From: Lingula anatina
Lineage: Eukaryota; Animalia; Brachiopoda
Assembly (NCBI GenBank): GCA_051362555.1
Contig: JBPQGU010000016.1
Span: forward strand, 1,736,001 to 1,800,000
Direction of reading: 5' to 3'
DNA: 64,000 bases
The translations under genes were made by a program, and so were the position numbers. Positions 25,746-40,372 of the stretch are shown one piece after another. The notes below the pieces were generated by a model that saw nothing but the letters and a program-made list of their open reading frames with translations, was not told where the DNA came from and did not search any database. How positions within the stretch are numbered: the stretch's first letter is position 1; each line of letters opens with the position of its first letter.

Positions 25746-26560
25746 GCAACAACCACTTCAAGATTATCGGCACGGATTACACCAATTATTTCTTGGTACT
25801 TATGTGGGAGGATAAGCAAGGGAGGTGTCAGAGACACGCAATTCAGCTTTGGAGTCGCCGTGTTGGCATGGAACCGACTTACGTATACTCGGGAATGAAA
25901 ACCATTGCCCAGCGACTGTGTAAAACGTTTGAAGGGTTCCGTTTCAGTGTACACGAGTTAGGTGAATATCTTTGGGTTTAGGCATGTATACTATTTTCCC
26001 CGCCATAGTGAGCCGTGAGCATCGGTTTTAATCCTTTAGATATGATTTTTAAATACATTAATTAATCCAATTATTTTTCCCTTCTTTCTTTCTTTATTTT
26101 TTTTTTTCATTTTCTTTCACTTTTTTCCTTATTCCACTTGACTTGCGTTGCTGCTGCAGCCACCAGTAGTGTTAAACCTAGACCTTTTGGTTGTCGCTCT
26201 TTGCTATTTGCTTACTTTCTTACATTATCTTTGTGTCTTTCCTTTTTAATTTTTCTTATTATTTTTACTATAACCGTGGAATTTTTTATTGAAATGTTAC
26301 GTACTTAATTCTGTAAGTTAGCGTTTGAACTGAAACTTGTGTAAGCATTTTTCTGGGAAGTAGTTACATAATAATATATATAATATTTACTGACATTTTA
26401 GTCAGGCTAAATTGCTTCTCTGATAGGTTTTGTGTGCTACATTATATTAAACTTATGCGCATTTCATTCATATAGATAGCCAAACATGAGTTCATTTTGA
26501 AATATCAATTTGAATTCTGTTTCAGCCTGTCACCTCCGAGAGCAGGTAGCCAAGAAATAA
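25746..26560 (+). pseudogene. 3' fragment (last two exons) of a lipocalin/apolipoprotein-D-like gene
   Basis: Exon 25746-25961 (tttgcag...G|GTGAAT, phase 1-1): GNNHFKIIGTDYTNYFLVLMWEDKQGRCQRHAIQLWSRRVGMEPTYVYSGMKTIAQRLCKTFEGFRFSVHEL, with lipocalin SCR2 TDYxxY and SCR3-like LWSR. Exon 26526-26560 (gtttcag) gives ACHLREQVAKK*. No 5' exons (GxW motif, signal peptide) found. Confidence 0.6.
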
Positions 26561-27044
26561 TCTGAAGTGCGCCTCGCCGGCTATTATCCCCCCTACTGTA
26601 CGCCATAGCGAGACAGCTTCGAGCATAACGCAAAGCTTCAGACAAGTCAGTTGAAATACTAACGTTATTTTTTATTCGACTATGAATGCCATTATATAAA
26701 TTACATTGGTGTATGAAAAAAGATGAGTGTACACCTTATGCTACAAAAACGATCAACATATTCTGTAAACCGATTAGGTTTCCTTGTTTTTTTCACAATT
26801 CCTTTGATTTAATGCTTTGCTCTATCTGCTACACAGGTGTACTAAAACTACAGAGCAAATAGTGCTATATATTCGGAAGTCCTTTTCAGCTTTACTTTGA
26901 AATAAAAACAACTTATTGAAATTATAAGGTATTTTGGTCATCATTCTGAAGAAAAAAGACCCAATCCCATTTTTGTACACTTTTTACTTCTCAATTAATT
27001 TCCGTTATCTAAGAAATAATAACTGCTGTCTTCTAGAGAGCATT

Positions 27045-27075
<31 letters not shown>
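27045..27075 (+). repeat. (GATA)n microsatellite
   Basis: Directly visible; a longer copy lies at ~59210-59245. Confidence 0.9.
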
Positions 27076-27076
<1 letters not shown>

Positions 27077-28521
27077 CAAAAATATCTGCGGCAATCTTAA
27101 TTTTCTGCAAGTTCAACAAAATACAAGGATCAGTGGCCCTGTTATGACCAAAAGCAACTAAACGGTAAAATTGAACGCGTTGGGGTTAGTTCCACCTGGG
27201 ACAAAACCAACACAATATTTTCCGCAGCTGGCTACCTATCTCAACACCCACTCGGCATCATAGAGCAATAGCTTCGTTAGATACTACCCGGTTATAAGCA
27301 TATCGAGTTTTGACTAATAAGGTTTTGGAAACTATCTTTTTAGATTTTTTCGTAAAATCACTCCCTACTCTTGTATAAATTGATGCCCACCTTAACTGTA
27401 AGTCCGCTGGTACAATGGCATGGAACTAAATTTCCTTGGACTTAAGGTTCGTTTATAACTGCATACAGAGGTCGCATGTGTGTAGATCTAGCAGTAAGCA
27501 TACTCGGTGTACGTGCCAAACGTTATTAATCTGATGTGCAGGCCATATGTAATAAAACGTTGGTTTACTTGGACGTCACATAGTTTTCTTCATTACCACG
27601 AAATAAGATCCGTAATCATTAAACTTAAGAGCCCATTTTTTTTCTCAAATCATATTCCAAAAGATGAAATGCAAAAAGGTGTTGTTTTGCGAGGCTATAA
27701 GAGAAATAACCTGGACACACACGTAATTTGTATAGGCTGGCCTAATGCCACCTGATCCTTGCAAATTAACTCAGTATTTTGAACTCCACTCTATTTGGAC
27801 AGGGTCACAATTAGGTCCAATGAATGCGCTGATAGTTGCTGTCGTAGGGGGACTGGGATATCCTAGAATATATATGCCAGAAACAACTCCCTTGATTAAG
27901 GGACATAATTGGCCCACAGGACGGTGTTATTTTGAGACCCAGAACACCCGTATTCCGGAAGTTGGATGTAACTAAGGTAAGTTATGTTTTAATAATTGTC
28001 ACCTTGTGTTTACAGCGGAAGTCAAAGGATTTGGTTTGCAGTTTGAGCATCGCTGTATCATTTGCCAGCTATTAGTTTTAAGCAGATACAGGCAGTCGGT
28101 ACATACGTCCGCTTTGTAGCTGGCTTAAATTATTAAGCCTAATACCAAAATTTTTTTTTTCCTGCATATAATTATTCTATAATCCATCTGCCTTTGTGCT
28201 GATTTTAAACAATGTAAAGGTCCTTGAAAATATAAACTATAGGCGTTTATATTTTTCGTTGCAAAGTATAAGCATAGGCAATTCAAAGCTATAGTCGTCA
28301 GTTCAACACCTTTCTATTTTGAAGTGAAATAGCAATCGTTATGGGGCATAACTTCATCCTTGAACAAGGTTTTATTTTAAATTCCGGAGTTGTCCAGGAG
28401 ACCATAATCTATAATCCTGTACCGTCATTTTGGTTTAAATGTCTTTGTTATGGAGTCATGAGCCCCTAACTACAGGTTTTCATTAAACAAAGGTGTTGTT
28501 TTGTTTTTTGTTGTTTTTTTT

Positions 28522-28628
28522 TCTGCGCAGAACCTATACCCTTTCTCATAGCAGCAGACAGATTCAGCTTCCTGCATTACAGCTGCCAGACCCAAAGCAA
28601 CTAACGCAAAAATGGCAAAGGTATTCAT
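28522..28628 (-). pseudogene. Truncated mytimycin-like copy D
   Basis: MNTFAIFALVALGLAAVMQEAESVCCYEKGYRFCAE breaks into an A-rich tract before the DCT motif and donor. No downstream exons follow; the TATA position reads GATTAATA. Confidence 0.8.
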
Positions 28629-29899
28629 CTTCTGAAATGTGAAGTGACAACATGGAGTTGACACAAAGGCAAAAGGAATATCAGGGGACAGTGGAGCTCA
28701 CATCTCTTCTATCAGCAGCTATACTAAACTTTTATAGGCACTCTGACAGTAAAGACTCGAGATGTCATACGGTGTTCTCTAAAACCCAAAGTGCAAAAAG
28801 ACAATCGGCAACGTGGAAAACTATGTAGCCATTTAAGAAAATATCTTGGAAAGCATTTTTACCCGAGTAATCCTTGATTACTTGTCTCTAAGTCTCGAAA
28901 TGATTGAAAAACTTCCCTATTTTGAACTATTAATCCCGTTTTCAAATACAGCGCAAGCTCCGCCAAGGAATCGTCTTTTAAAGTAGAGTACACATGCACC
29001 TGTATTCAGAAGAGATCAAAGCATGTGGAACGGACATCAAAGTTATGTACTGGTACAGGTATTTCACAATGATTTTACCAAAGTCTAAATTATCATTCAC
29101 CGACTGGTTCGGCAATGCGTAGAAAGATTATGTATGTTTGAGACTGATTTTTTCTGTGGAAATTATTTTCGTCAGAAAGACAAATCTTTAAGTTTTACGC
29201 ATGCGCATTTTAAAAATCTAGCTTTATCCGGTTGAAAGGAATCATAAGACATGACATTATCGATTCATCAACGAATCAAAGGATTCAGAGGTCTGGTGAC
29301 TAATTTTTTACTGAAAACCCCCAAAGCTAGGTTTAAAAAAGGGTGACGGTACTATATTCTGTTGAGTTGCGCCGGTGAAATGGAATATCACAGGGAAATC
29401 ACAGGGAACATTTAAGAAGCTGATGCACATTTGAACCCTCGATCAAATTCTTGAGAGAACATCGGTTTTTTGCTAGAAAAGATTTCTAAAGATTGCGTTT
29501 GATTACCATTACAGGAAAAACGTACAAACAGAGTGGGCGAGTCAGTCACAGTGTACTGCCGGAGAGAAAGAGAGGGAGAGAAAGATCATCGTATTTGCAC
29601 GGATTCCATTTGATACAAGTAGTCCTATGATATACGAGAACGATTATATTTTATGGTAACTTTTAACTTTAACATTTTTTTATTTTCGCACTCTTTTCGC
29701 TTAAAATGTATATCAATTATTCATCACGATTCTCCATTCATTCTGCATTGTATTCCCGTATACAGTAGATCAAAGTAGTTTCTGTATCAATAGTTGTTAG
29801 TACCAGTATTGTAATGTGCGTTTTCATTAACAGATGTTTGAGACGCTTTCATAATACGGATTTGGAGATGTATGGCTAAAACAGAATCCTCACATAAAC

Positions 29900-30350
29900 T
29901 TCCTAAGCATGTTCAGAGAACACACCATCAGTGGGTACATACAAAACTCGCACAGTGAGCTTGAGGAAAAATCTAAATCCAGAGCCTATTGGCAATTCAA
30001 AAATACATTTAAAAAAGAAAAAAATATCCAGACGTTCTTCATAATACCGATAAAAAATAAAAAACAATCTAAGTCGTATTCGCATCAGTGGACATAAACT
30101 CCACATTGAAATAGGCAGATACACAACACTCCTCGGACCGACAGAATATATATGCCATTACTGTTCTAAAGACAAAATAGAAGATGAAAAACACTTTCTC
30201 ACAACATGCCCCCTATACAACGACCTGCGAACAATATTATATAAGGTATTTACAAAACACTATACATATTTTGGCCTCAAAACAACTGATGAAAAATTTA
30301 CTATAATTATGAAATGTCAAGAAGAAGAAACCCTTATTGCATTTTTTCTC
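29900..30350 (+). mobile_element. Degenerate LINE ORF2 3' remnant
   Basis: Frameshifted SKSRAYWQFKNTFKKEK...RISGHKLHIEIGRY...CHYCSKDKIEDEKHFLTTCPLYNDLR, typical of the CR1/L2-group ORF2 C-terminus. Duplicate at ~62060-62510. Confidence 0.75.
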
Positions 30351-31363
30351 ATAGATGCTGGTATATGTCAATGTTATCAAACGGTACGGTACGGTTCAAT
30401 GATTCAGCCAGCTAAAATTCCAAAGAGGGACCACTGGTGTGATTTTTTTCAGAAATTAAAAGGGGGGGTTAGAACCCCCCTGACACCCCCTGAATCTGTC
30501 ACAGCATAATATTACTTATTATATTTTGTAGTTATAAGTCTTTTACTAGATTATTTTTTATTTTTACTTTTCATGTGATTTAATTCCATTCGTGTGCAAG
30601 TTCTGTGAGCAACCACTCAAGCATATTTATATTTCAGATTTTGAGTATTGTATGCAGAATTACTGATAGACCACTTTCTTTAAAAGGTTTTTCTTTTAAG
30701 GCTCAATCTCATGTGTCACTTCCGGCTTAAATTGACCGGACTTGGTACATGTAGCATTTTAGGAGGTCCCATTTCTTGTGTGCGTGTGTGTGTGTGTGTG
30801 TGTGGGGGGGGGGGGTAACAGTTCACTGAAAATAAAATCATTAAATCCTAGTAAATAAAACTTTATTGGTATCTTATTCAAAATGCGAGTCTGGCGAGTT
30901 GAAAGTAACGGATCACCGAGTACAACAACAATGACTTCGTTTCAGGAAGAACGGGGAATAAAAGGCTGCATTTACGAGTCAGGGCAGGGGAATGGGGGGG
31001 GGGGCTTCACGGATAACGTGAACGTTTCAAGTATTTCGGGAAAATAAAAAGTGGCTTTCCCGGGTATAGAAAATACCCAGTGGGACCCTTGATTTAGTTC
31101 GTTTGTACTGGCTAATATGTGTTAAAACAAAGCTAAATAGGCATTTCAACTTAAAGGTACACAAATGAGGATTTTCGTGCCAAAATCATATTTAAGGAGG
31201 TAAACGAAACACAACGACACTGTTGCTATGCTATCTGAATTTCATATAAACAGCAATATCGTTTTACATAATTTCAAAGAATTTCGAAAGTTAATTTCTT
31301 GGGAAAGATCGATTCAGTAAAGGGTGGAAAAAGTGCTGCGCTCTGCATCCTCGTATATCAAAG

Positions 31364-32993
31364 CTACTGCAGATCAGGATCGAACTCCAGTTGGTCAATC
31401 TTGTCGTCATCATCGGCGTCTTTGTCGTCAAACACGGCGTCCTTGGCGGCCCTTTTCCCGTTCGTGCAAGTACAGGTGACGTCATATTTTTCCGTCAAGA
31501 ACCACCCACTCGTTTTTACACTGAACAAATAATGTAAACATCTTCTTGAATTCTTGTGAACATATTACTTTTTAGATATCTACCATATACCTGCTCAGCG
31601 ATGACCTTATTATAAATATATATTTTTTGACTGGGTTCCCATGCCTAGATCGATCCATCTGGATCGATCTACTGTAACTCCCTGGATAGTCTCACTAAAT
31701 GGCTATCAAATAACCGGCTTAAATGTCTGCCACGCCTACCGAATCAGCTAGGTTGTAAAGACAATTACCCCCTTACATCTTTATTAGATGTGACAGACAT
31801 TTAAGCCAACCAAATTGACAGCAATTAAGTGAGACTCCCCAGGGAGATAGATCGATCCAAATATCTGTGGGAATGGTCCCTTTGTCATTATTCTAAAATT
31901 AGTAATTCGTTATTTTTCTCAATCATTTATTTCATCACCATTGTTATTACTATAATTATAATAATAATAATAATTATTATTATTATTGCAAAAGAGGAAT
32001 GTGTACAGGAAAGCCAGAAATACTCGTGAATATCTGGTGAAAATTATCACAGGACCCTGGTGGATGTTTTGATTGATAGGGAGACCTGTAAGAAATAATA
32101 CGTCCACCACGAACGTTTTTGGATATAGAAGGTTTATGCGTACACCACTGCTTTTCAAATTGGCCAGATGATATGCAAAACATATCACCCTTTTAAACTT
32201 CAAAAACTACATAAGCACATTCTCTATATATTGTTGCGGCGTATTTTTGAAATATAATTTCAAGTCATAAACTGTTATATGCGTTAAGAAATGTTGACCA
32301 AAGTCGAAAACAAAAAATTAAATCTCGGCTCCAAGTTTTTTAAATGGGATATTTTGTTTTTTAATGGGGTTGACCTTATTTAGTCCGCGGATCAGTAAGC
32401 CGGCAGATAATCTGTTCTAAATGCGTTCTAACGGCTTCGCCGACAAATTATGGCCGACCCCACTTGAATGCAAGCCCCGATTGTCTCCCGTCTTTACGTG
32501 CACACGCGCCATTAAACGGAATAAATCTCGGCCCCGAGAAAGAGAAAGCCTATCTACCATCTGTTCTGAATGCGAACTATCTATCTACGATAGAGAGAGG
32601 GGGGCCATTCAAAATAGGAGACTAATTAGTCCAAAGGTCAAATATGGATACAAACTGATGCACCGACTAAATATGGCCGACCACATTGCAAAAGCGATGC
32701 CGCTGATTCCCGATGGTCTCTTCGCCTACACACGCGCCATTAAAGGGATTAAATCTCGTCTCCGAGGTTTCATTCCTAGGCCCCTGCAGCGACAGCACGT
32801 GTGGAGGCGCGGAGACCATCATGGAACTTACGGTATCGGTTTTGAAATGGGTCGGCCATATTTAGTCGGTCGGTCAGTTAGTACCCGGACCATCTATTCT
32901 GAACAGTCCCTTTTTAGTGGAGTAGACGGCAAGTTTTGTGGTGGGTCGCCATATTTGACACTTGGACTAGTAAGTCACTAATTCTGAATGGGG

Positions 32994-33032
<39 letters not shown>

Positions 33033-33552
33033 CTTACGTACTATATGTACGAGCCGCAGTCCTCTCTACATGAATTTTTACATGCGCAGCCAAATATGTT
33101 ACATTTCCCATATGAACAGTAAGGGGTTCTCTGTAATATAAATAAAGAATTAATAACTATCTCTCGCTCTCTCTTTCCCCCTCCAACACACGCGCACCGA
33201 CACTGCACACGCATACAAACCCGCATATGTACAGAATTATTTCCTTACGACCATTTACTTAACGAATTTCAGTAAACAATATAAAAATGTACCTCTAGCT
33301 TTGTTCTACATTTACAACAAAAATGTACGGTATCATTTTCCCCCTGTAATGCTAAGTTCGCCTGATACCAAACATGTGTTGTAATGTGTTCTGGATGCAT
33401 TTCCCGAGGAAATACCCTGGTACTAGTAGACTCACCACCGTGCAGTCTGCGCAGAACCTATAACCTTTCTCATGGCAGCAGATAGATTCAGCTTCCTGCA
33501 TTACAGTTGCCAGACCCAACGCAACTAAGGCAAAAATGGCAAAGGTAGTCAT
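31364..33552 (-). CDS. Mytimycin-like precursor, copy E; spliced, intact, 120 aa
   Basis: Exons 33552-33436 (donor GTGAGT), 33130-33042 (tattacag; donor GTACGT) and 31520-31364. Protein: MTTFAIFALVALGLATVMQEAES|ICCHEKGYRFCADCTVRTPYCSYGKCNIFGCACKNSCREDCGSYIYVKTSGWFLTEKYDVTCTCTN-GKR-AAKDAVFDDKDADDDDKIDQLEFDPDLQ*. 12 Cys. Confidence 0.88.
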
Positions 33553-33801
33553 CTTCTGAAATGTGAAGTGACAACATGGAGTTGACACAAAGGCAAAAGG
33601 AATTTCAGAGGACAGTGGAGCTCAAATCTCTTCTGACAGCAGCTATGCTAAAGTCTAAACTTTCAGAGGCACGCTGACAGTAAAGACGTGAGATTTCATA
33701 CGGTGTTCTCTAAAACCCAATACGCACAAAGGCAATCGGCGTCGTGAAATCCTACTTAATATGCAGCAAGTTAAGAAAATTTCTTGGACAGAATTTTTTA
33801 C

Positions 33802-33871
33802 CTGAGTAGTCCTTGATTACCTCTCTCAGTCTCGAAATGATTGAAAACGACGACAGTTTGAACTACTTATA
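33802..33871 (-). promoter_or_regulatory. TATA-like box and non-coding exon 1 of copy E
   Basis: TATAAGTA (33871-33864) and CAG|GTAAAA donor at 33802/01. Confidence 0.55.
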
Positions 33872-35750
33872 CCGTTTTCATCAGCAGCGCAAGCTTCTTC
33901 AAGGCATCGATTTTTGAAGTGGAGTACAGGCCTGTCATCTGAAGAGACCAAAGCATGTGAAACGGATATCAAAGTTATGTACTGGTACAGGTATTTCACT
34001 ATGATTTACTTAAGTCTGGATTATCATTTACCGATTGGTTCGGCAATGCGTAGAAAGATAATGTGTGTTCGAGACTGATTTTCATTGGTTGAAATCATTT
34101 TCATCAGAAAGACAATTTATCTTTAGGTTATACGCATGCGCATTTTAAAATCTAGTTTTATCTGGTTGAATGTGGTCATTAGACATCTAATATATTATAA
34201 CATCATCGAATTATCAACGAATTAAAGGATTCAGAGGTCTGGTGACAAATTTTTACTGAAAACCCCCTATGTTAGGTTTGAAAAAGTGGTGACACTGTAT
34301 TCTGTTTAGTTACGCCGGTGGAGTGGAACATATGTTGCTTCTTAACGTACAACAAATAAAATCACAGGGAACATTTGAGGAGCTGGTGCACATTTGATAT
34401 TTGGTCGCGGGTTCGAATTCTTGAAAGTTCGTTGATTATTTGGATCTATTTTTAGGAACAGAATTTTCAAATGAAAGTTTATAAACTTTTCAAGACTATC
34501 GGCATGAGACCATATGTCTTGGATACTGCTGGAGAGAGAGAGCGAGAGAGAGAGAGATGTATTGCTCGGGTTTCATTTGATGCAAGTAGTCCTATGATAT
34601 ACTAGAACGAATTAAACTTTATAAGTAGTTCATCGTAACTTTTAATTTTCACACATCTCACCCTATGAATGTATATCACATATTCATCGCGATTCTCCAT
34701 TCGTTCTGCGTTGCATTCCCGTATACATTAGATCAAAGCACCGGTAGCTTCTGCATCAAAAGTTGTTAGTACCAGTATTGTAATGTGCGTTTTCAGTTAC
34801 AGATGCATAGTTAAACCCTCATATGTCTAGACATTTACTCCGTCAGTTTAACTGATTTTTTTATGTTGGCAAATATATGGATGGGAAGGTTGTCAAAGTT
34901 TGTAAAATCTGCTTTAAAGTTATAAAAGTTATGTGAGCTTTCTACTAAGGAAGCAGAATTGTTCACATTTCACATAAAACGTCGACATCATCTTCAATTT
35001 GATTTTAACACCAGTATTGTAATGTGCGTTTTCAATAACAGATGTTTGAGACGCTTTTATAGAAAAAAACTCATATGTCTAGGCATTTCAAACCATCAGC
35101 TTTTAGATTCTTTTCATGGGTGGAGGTATGAATGTGAAGGTTGTCAGACTTTGTACATTCTGCTTAAAAGTTATCCAAGTTGTGTGGGTTCAGTACTAAA
35201 GAACGAGGATCATTCACATTTCATACAAAACGTCATTATCATCTTTAATTTGATTTTAAGACCACGCGTTTACTAGATTTTTAGAGCAACCACACGACCA
35301 GGACAGCAAATATAAACCTATCTTCTGCTTATTTGGTGTTTTTCTTTGGTGTCGCCTTCTGTTTTTAGTCCATTTTCCAGCTGCACGACAATTTTCTGAG
35401 AGGGGTGGGCGAAAAAAGAAGGGACAATTTCCGTTTGCAAGGTAATTTTTGCAGTAATCTGTCTAAATTGAAGCGTTGATATTTACATTATTATTATTTT
35501 TTTTTTTTTTTTGAACAGTTATAATTGTAAAAGTATGATATTCGGTGAAAATGTAAGAATAAAGCTCAATCTACTGGTACCTATATGTTGGCAGTTCCCA
35601 GCTATGGTAACTAATAACTCTTTGGCTATCTAATAACTCTTTGGTCACAGGACCCATAGTATAGTCTATTACAAAATTATAGCCTCCGATTTAATTTTCC
35701 ATAGGTCTACTGTATGTATATTGTAGAGGCACTTCTGATACACAAACACA

Positions 35751-36796
35751 CACTGGACAATAGAAGTGTCACCAATACTTTGTGGGAGATAAATGACTTT
35801 GGGATTATATGCTCCTGGTATCATTTTATTAAAATCAAATTTCACAAAAAAAAAAATGATAACAAAATATACATTATCCCAAGATATGCAGTTTCAGTCC
35901 AAAATTAGTAATTAGTGGCATAGCCACGTGACCTAATAATAGCTGCCAGTCTGCGAGGCAAGGATTCATATAATTGTTTGATGCGTTCAGAGCTTATGCT
36001 GGCCATAGCATGAAACACTGAATCTAACAGAGTTTGTCAGCTGGTTGGACGAGCATTTGTCAAAAGTTTTGACATATCATTCAACATATTTTCTGTTATG
36101 TTTGCATCCGGATTCTGGGCAGGCCACATCACCCTGCAAATGTCCTGTTGGTCAAACCAATCATCAACTGCTCTGGGTCTGCGGCAAGGAGCATTGTCAT
36201 CCTGGTGAACAGATGGATAATTTCTGTGACCGAACATGTAGGTAATAGATTGTAGCAAGCCTGACTAAAAAATATCGATATATTGCTGGTGATTCCTGTT
36301 TCCATTAACCACTATCAATTCGCCCACGCCAGGGATGCTAATGCAGCCCCACACCATGGTGAATATGCTGCTCCGTACATGTGGTTCAAATGCTTTTACA
36401 ACCTGGACATCAAAATCAGTCGTCGGTCTTCACGGTCAGTAGTTTTTCTTGGACCAGCCATCAGAGGCAATTTGTCTCTTGATCCAGTGTTTCCATACCG
36501 AGACCAGACCCTCTGCACGGTTCTGACTGAACAATTCAACTGTTATGCAATTGCTTATATTCCGCCTCTTCAGGTTAATAACTTGACGTCTATAATCGTT
36601 AGTTAATTGCCCGTATCTTTCCATAATGGAGGAAGACAGGAATAACATTTGCTGTACATGTACAAAACCAACAATACAATTCCACGGTACATCGGTTTTA
36701 TACTCATTAGTCACGTTATAAGTAGACCAGGCATTATAACTACCCAAGATCTGCCTACTTTGATTACTCTGATTTAGGTGGTGACACTTTTATTGA
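35751..36796 (-). mobile_element. Tc1/mariner remnant, duplicate copy
   Basis: Near-identical to 5083-6137. Confidence 0.8.
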
Positions 36797-38578
36797 CTGT
36801 AGATCTGTACAACTTTTAAAAATAAATTTAAAAAACTTACTTTAAATAGCTCCATTATTTATTCATCAATATTATTCATAAAGGGGGTAAAACAACATTC
36901 TTGAGTTGAATATTTACTGAAGATTTACTGTTTGGATTTTTTTTTTTATTTATGAAGCCTTATGAATACTCTTACAGTGACACAATATAATGGTGGCCAT
37001 CTTGGAAAAAGCTGCCTTTAAAACTTTTTTCCACCACTTAGATTTTTCTAGAGTTTTAATTTGTTTAAATTTGGATATAACTATTTATTTTTGGCAATAA
37101 ATCCCTACTGATAAAAAAAAAAACTTAAGTCTTAAAGAACCCTTATGAATACACTTGCTGGCGGCCAACATTTCAGGTAAAAATCTGTACAAATGACCCT
37201 TGCCTGACTTTGACCTCAAGCCAAAGTCCTTTGTGAATAATTCCTATTAAATAAGTTTTTCTCTTCGACAAAGTGTTCTTTGTCTGTAAGTCTGGATATA
37301 TTTCAAGGTCTTATAACTCGTTTACTCCAGCAAAATACTCCTAAAATAATAAGACCATCCTTTACCTATAGTGACATAATATATTGGCGGTCATCTTAAA
37401 AAAAATGACTTAGAAACCACTACTTACATTTTAATATGTTAAAATTTGGATATTTAGCTTTCTAAAAAACGTCATTACATTTTTTTTTTTTTTTTTTGCA
37501 ATGAGTCCTGAGTAAGATCAATTTTTTCGCTCAGTTTACTAGCCTAACACAACTTTTAAAACTTTTAAGCAGAATTTACAAATGTTGACAAACCTCACAT
37601 TCATATATTCAACCAGAATTTTTTAAAAATCAATTAAACTGACGGGCTGAATGTCCAGACATATGCGGGTTTTTCTATAAAAGCGTCCCATACATCTGTT
37701 ATTGAAAACGCACATTACAATACTGGTTCTAACAACTTTTGATTCAGAGACTACTTTGATCTATTTTATACTGGAATGCAATGCAGAATGAATGGAGAAT
37801 CGTGTTGAATTATTGAAATACATTCATAGGGGTAAAAAGTGTGAAAATTAAAAGTTACGATGAACAGCTTATAAAACTTAATTCGTTTTCGTTTTTCGTA
37901 GGACTACTTTTATCAAATGAAACCAGTGCAATTAAGATAATTTCTCTCTCTCTTTCTCTCTTCAGCAGTACTCAAGACTTATGGTCTCATACCGGTAGTC
38001 TTGAAACGTTTATACACTTATAGCCTTTCATTTGAAAACTTATCACTAAAAAAAAGATACATTTCGTCTTTCAGTTTTGATTAAAACTATCCTCAATCTC
38101 AATTCGCCTTTCACTGTACAATTCTCTCTCGTTTTTATCAAAATTATTTAGAACTTTATTTACAGTGTTCAAGGCGTGTAAAAACAGACCATGCAGACCT
38201 ATGGCCACTTTATGTGTCTCTTGGAGACAAATTCCTTCATAGATGCTAGTATATGCGAAGGTTATCAAACGGTACGGTTTAGAACTATGGTTCAGCTGGC
38301 CTAAATTGTAATTTTAAGAGGGACCACTGGTGTTATTTTTTGCAGAAATTGAAGGGGGAAGGTTATATTATGTAGTTTTAAGTATTTTACTAAATCATTT
38401 TTTTTTAATTTTCATGTAATTTAATACCATTCGTGTGCAAGTTTATGTGAGCAACCACTCAGACATTATATTTATATTTCAGATATTGTGAACTGCATGC
38501 AGAATTCCTGATAGACCACTTTGTTTAAAAGGTTATTCTTTTAAGGCTCAAGCTCGTGTGTCACTTCCGGCTTAAATT

Positions 38579-39272
38579 CAATTCAATTCAATTTATTTCT
38601 GTACTGGTACATAGATTGTCATGACCTTGTACAATATGATATACAAATGATGATACAATACAGTTAGTGCATTACCATCTTTATATAATGAAGATAAGTA
38701 CTAGTAAAATCACTCATAGAATATTCTATCTAAGCAATGAGATAAACCTTGGTGTGATTATAAATTTAACATAAACATAGTATAAGCATGTTACACAAAA
38801 AGAATATGTTTTTTTTTAAACTTAAAACCACCGTTACATAGCTGTTTATATGGCTGTTCAAAGCCAGTTTGATGACATTGATAATTACGATTAATGACAA
38901 TTACATAAGACAGATAAGTAAATAAGTTACACAGATATAAATATTGTGCCATGTTCAGTCCCACTGCCGAGTCACTTCTCACAACAGTGGCACCATACAC
39001 TGACATTTTAAGGGATATGCTAGGAGTTACCAAGCAGAGCAACCACTTCACTTCTTTTCTTGAATGATTTGATTATAAAGTTGGAGAGGGACACTAAAGT
39101 ATCTTTGTTGGCACTGTTAAATACATGGCATAATTGACTGTCTGGTGACCTTGAATCAGCTTTTAGGGATGAGGTTTTACTGAAAAAGGTGACTCGGTCT
39201 GTTTTGTACATTGGGCATTGGAATATAAAATGGTATTCATCCTCAATTACCCCTTGTGTGCACAGGTGACAG
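38579..39272 (-). mobile_element. 5'-truncated CR1/L2-like LINE insertion
   Basis: Minus strand reads CHLCTQGVIEDEYHFIFQCPMYKTDR (ORF2 C-terminal CCHC) and ends in a (TTGAA)n tail. Absent at the paralogous site 8931-8950; short ATT duplication. Confidence 0.8.
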
Positions 39273-39303
39273 ATTGCCCGTACTTGGTAGCAGTTTAGAA
39301 GGT

Positions 39304-39361
<58 letters not shown>

Positions 39362-40332
39362 GGGGGGGGGTGTTCACAGTTCACAATTCCCAGCAATAAA
39401 AACTTAATTAGTATCTCATTGAAAATGCAAGTCTGGGTATAACAACAATGCCTTCGTTTGAATAAGGACGAAGAATAAAAGGCCGCATTTACGAGTCGGG
39501 GCAGGGGTATGGGGGGCTTCAACGATCACGCTGTGAACGTTTCACGTATTTCGGAAAATAAAACAGTGGCTTTCACGGGTAACCATAATACCCAATAGGG
39601 CCTTAAATTTAGCTCGTTTGTAACGGCTAATATGGGTTAAAACAAAGATTAATAGGCATTTCAACTTTAAGGTACACAAATGAGGATTTTCATTCCAAAA
39701 TCACATTTATGGAGTTATCCTGGGGTAAACGGTATTTATCTTCATTTTTCTTTCCTGACTCTCTCTAGAACTCTGTAACAATTTTGAAAAAAGGAGATCC
39801 AAACAATGTTTCGCACTACAATGTCTCCACTAACAGATATCGCGCGACTTTACAGACAGTGCCAAGATGGCTCACTACCAAGGGTGGGCAAGGGACGGTG
39901 AATATGATTAATTTTTGGCGATATTGATTGAGGCCATTCATCTTTCTATTTATGTTTTAAAAATTATAATTATCCTCAAATAAAATCAACGAGAAGTAAT
40001 TCATGAACTTAGAAGGTGTTTAAATCTCACATCGTATACCTTTAACACAATAATTCCCAACTCCAGATGGACCAGGCTGATATTTAAATTCATCACAATA
40101 TTTTAATGGCAGTTTTTTTTCCTACACCACCTTAAGCGAGGCTCACACTTGATGAACTTTTGACATAAAACCTGGCCATTAATATGTTTTACCTGTTTGG
40201 TTTCTTTGCTTAATCAAGAAGTTCTACTCTACAACTTCTTGGTTTAACTCATGCATTGACTTTGTGGAATATTCCGGTGCTTGAAAATTGATGCTTATTT
40301 TAGAATAATACTTGCTGGGTCTTGGAATCGAG

Positions 40333-40372
<40 letters not shown>

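Larger units (their letters stand above)
3750..31890 (+). repeat. Segmental duplication unit 1
   Basis: Colinear and near-identical to ~34420-64000 (offsets 30664, 30321, 32148 and 32160 from matching ORF pairs). Confidence 0.92.

Noticed and set aside
27745-28020. Possible extra exon ending AAG|GTAAGT at ~27975
   Set aside because: ORF has no recognisable homology, is disrupted by an insertion in the duplicate, and the putative intron is only ~39 nt.
32421-32981. 186-aa ORF
   Set aside because: Antisense within intron 3 of E, built from degenerate internal repeats, and not kept open in paralogous introns.
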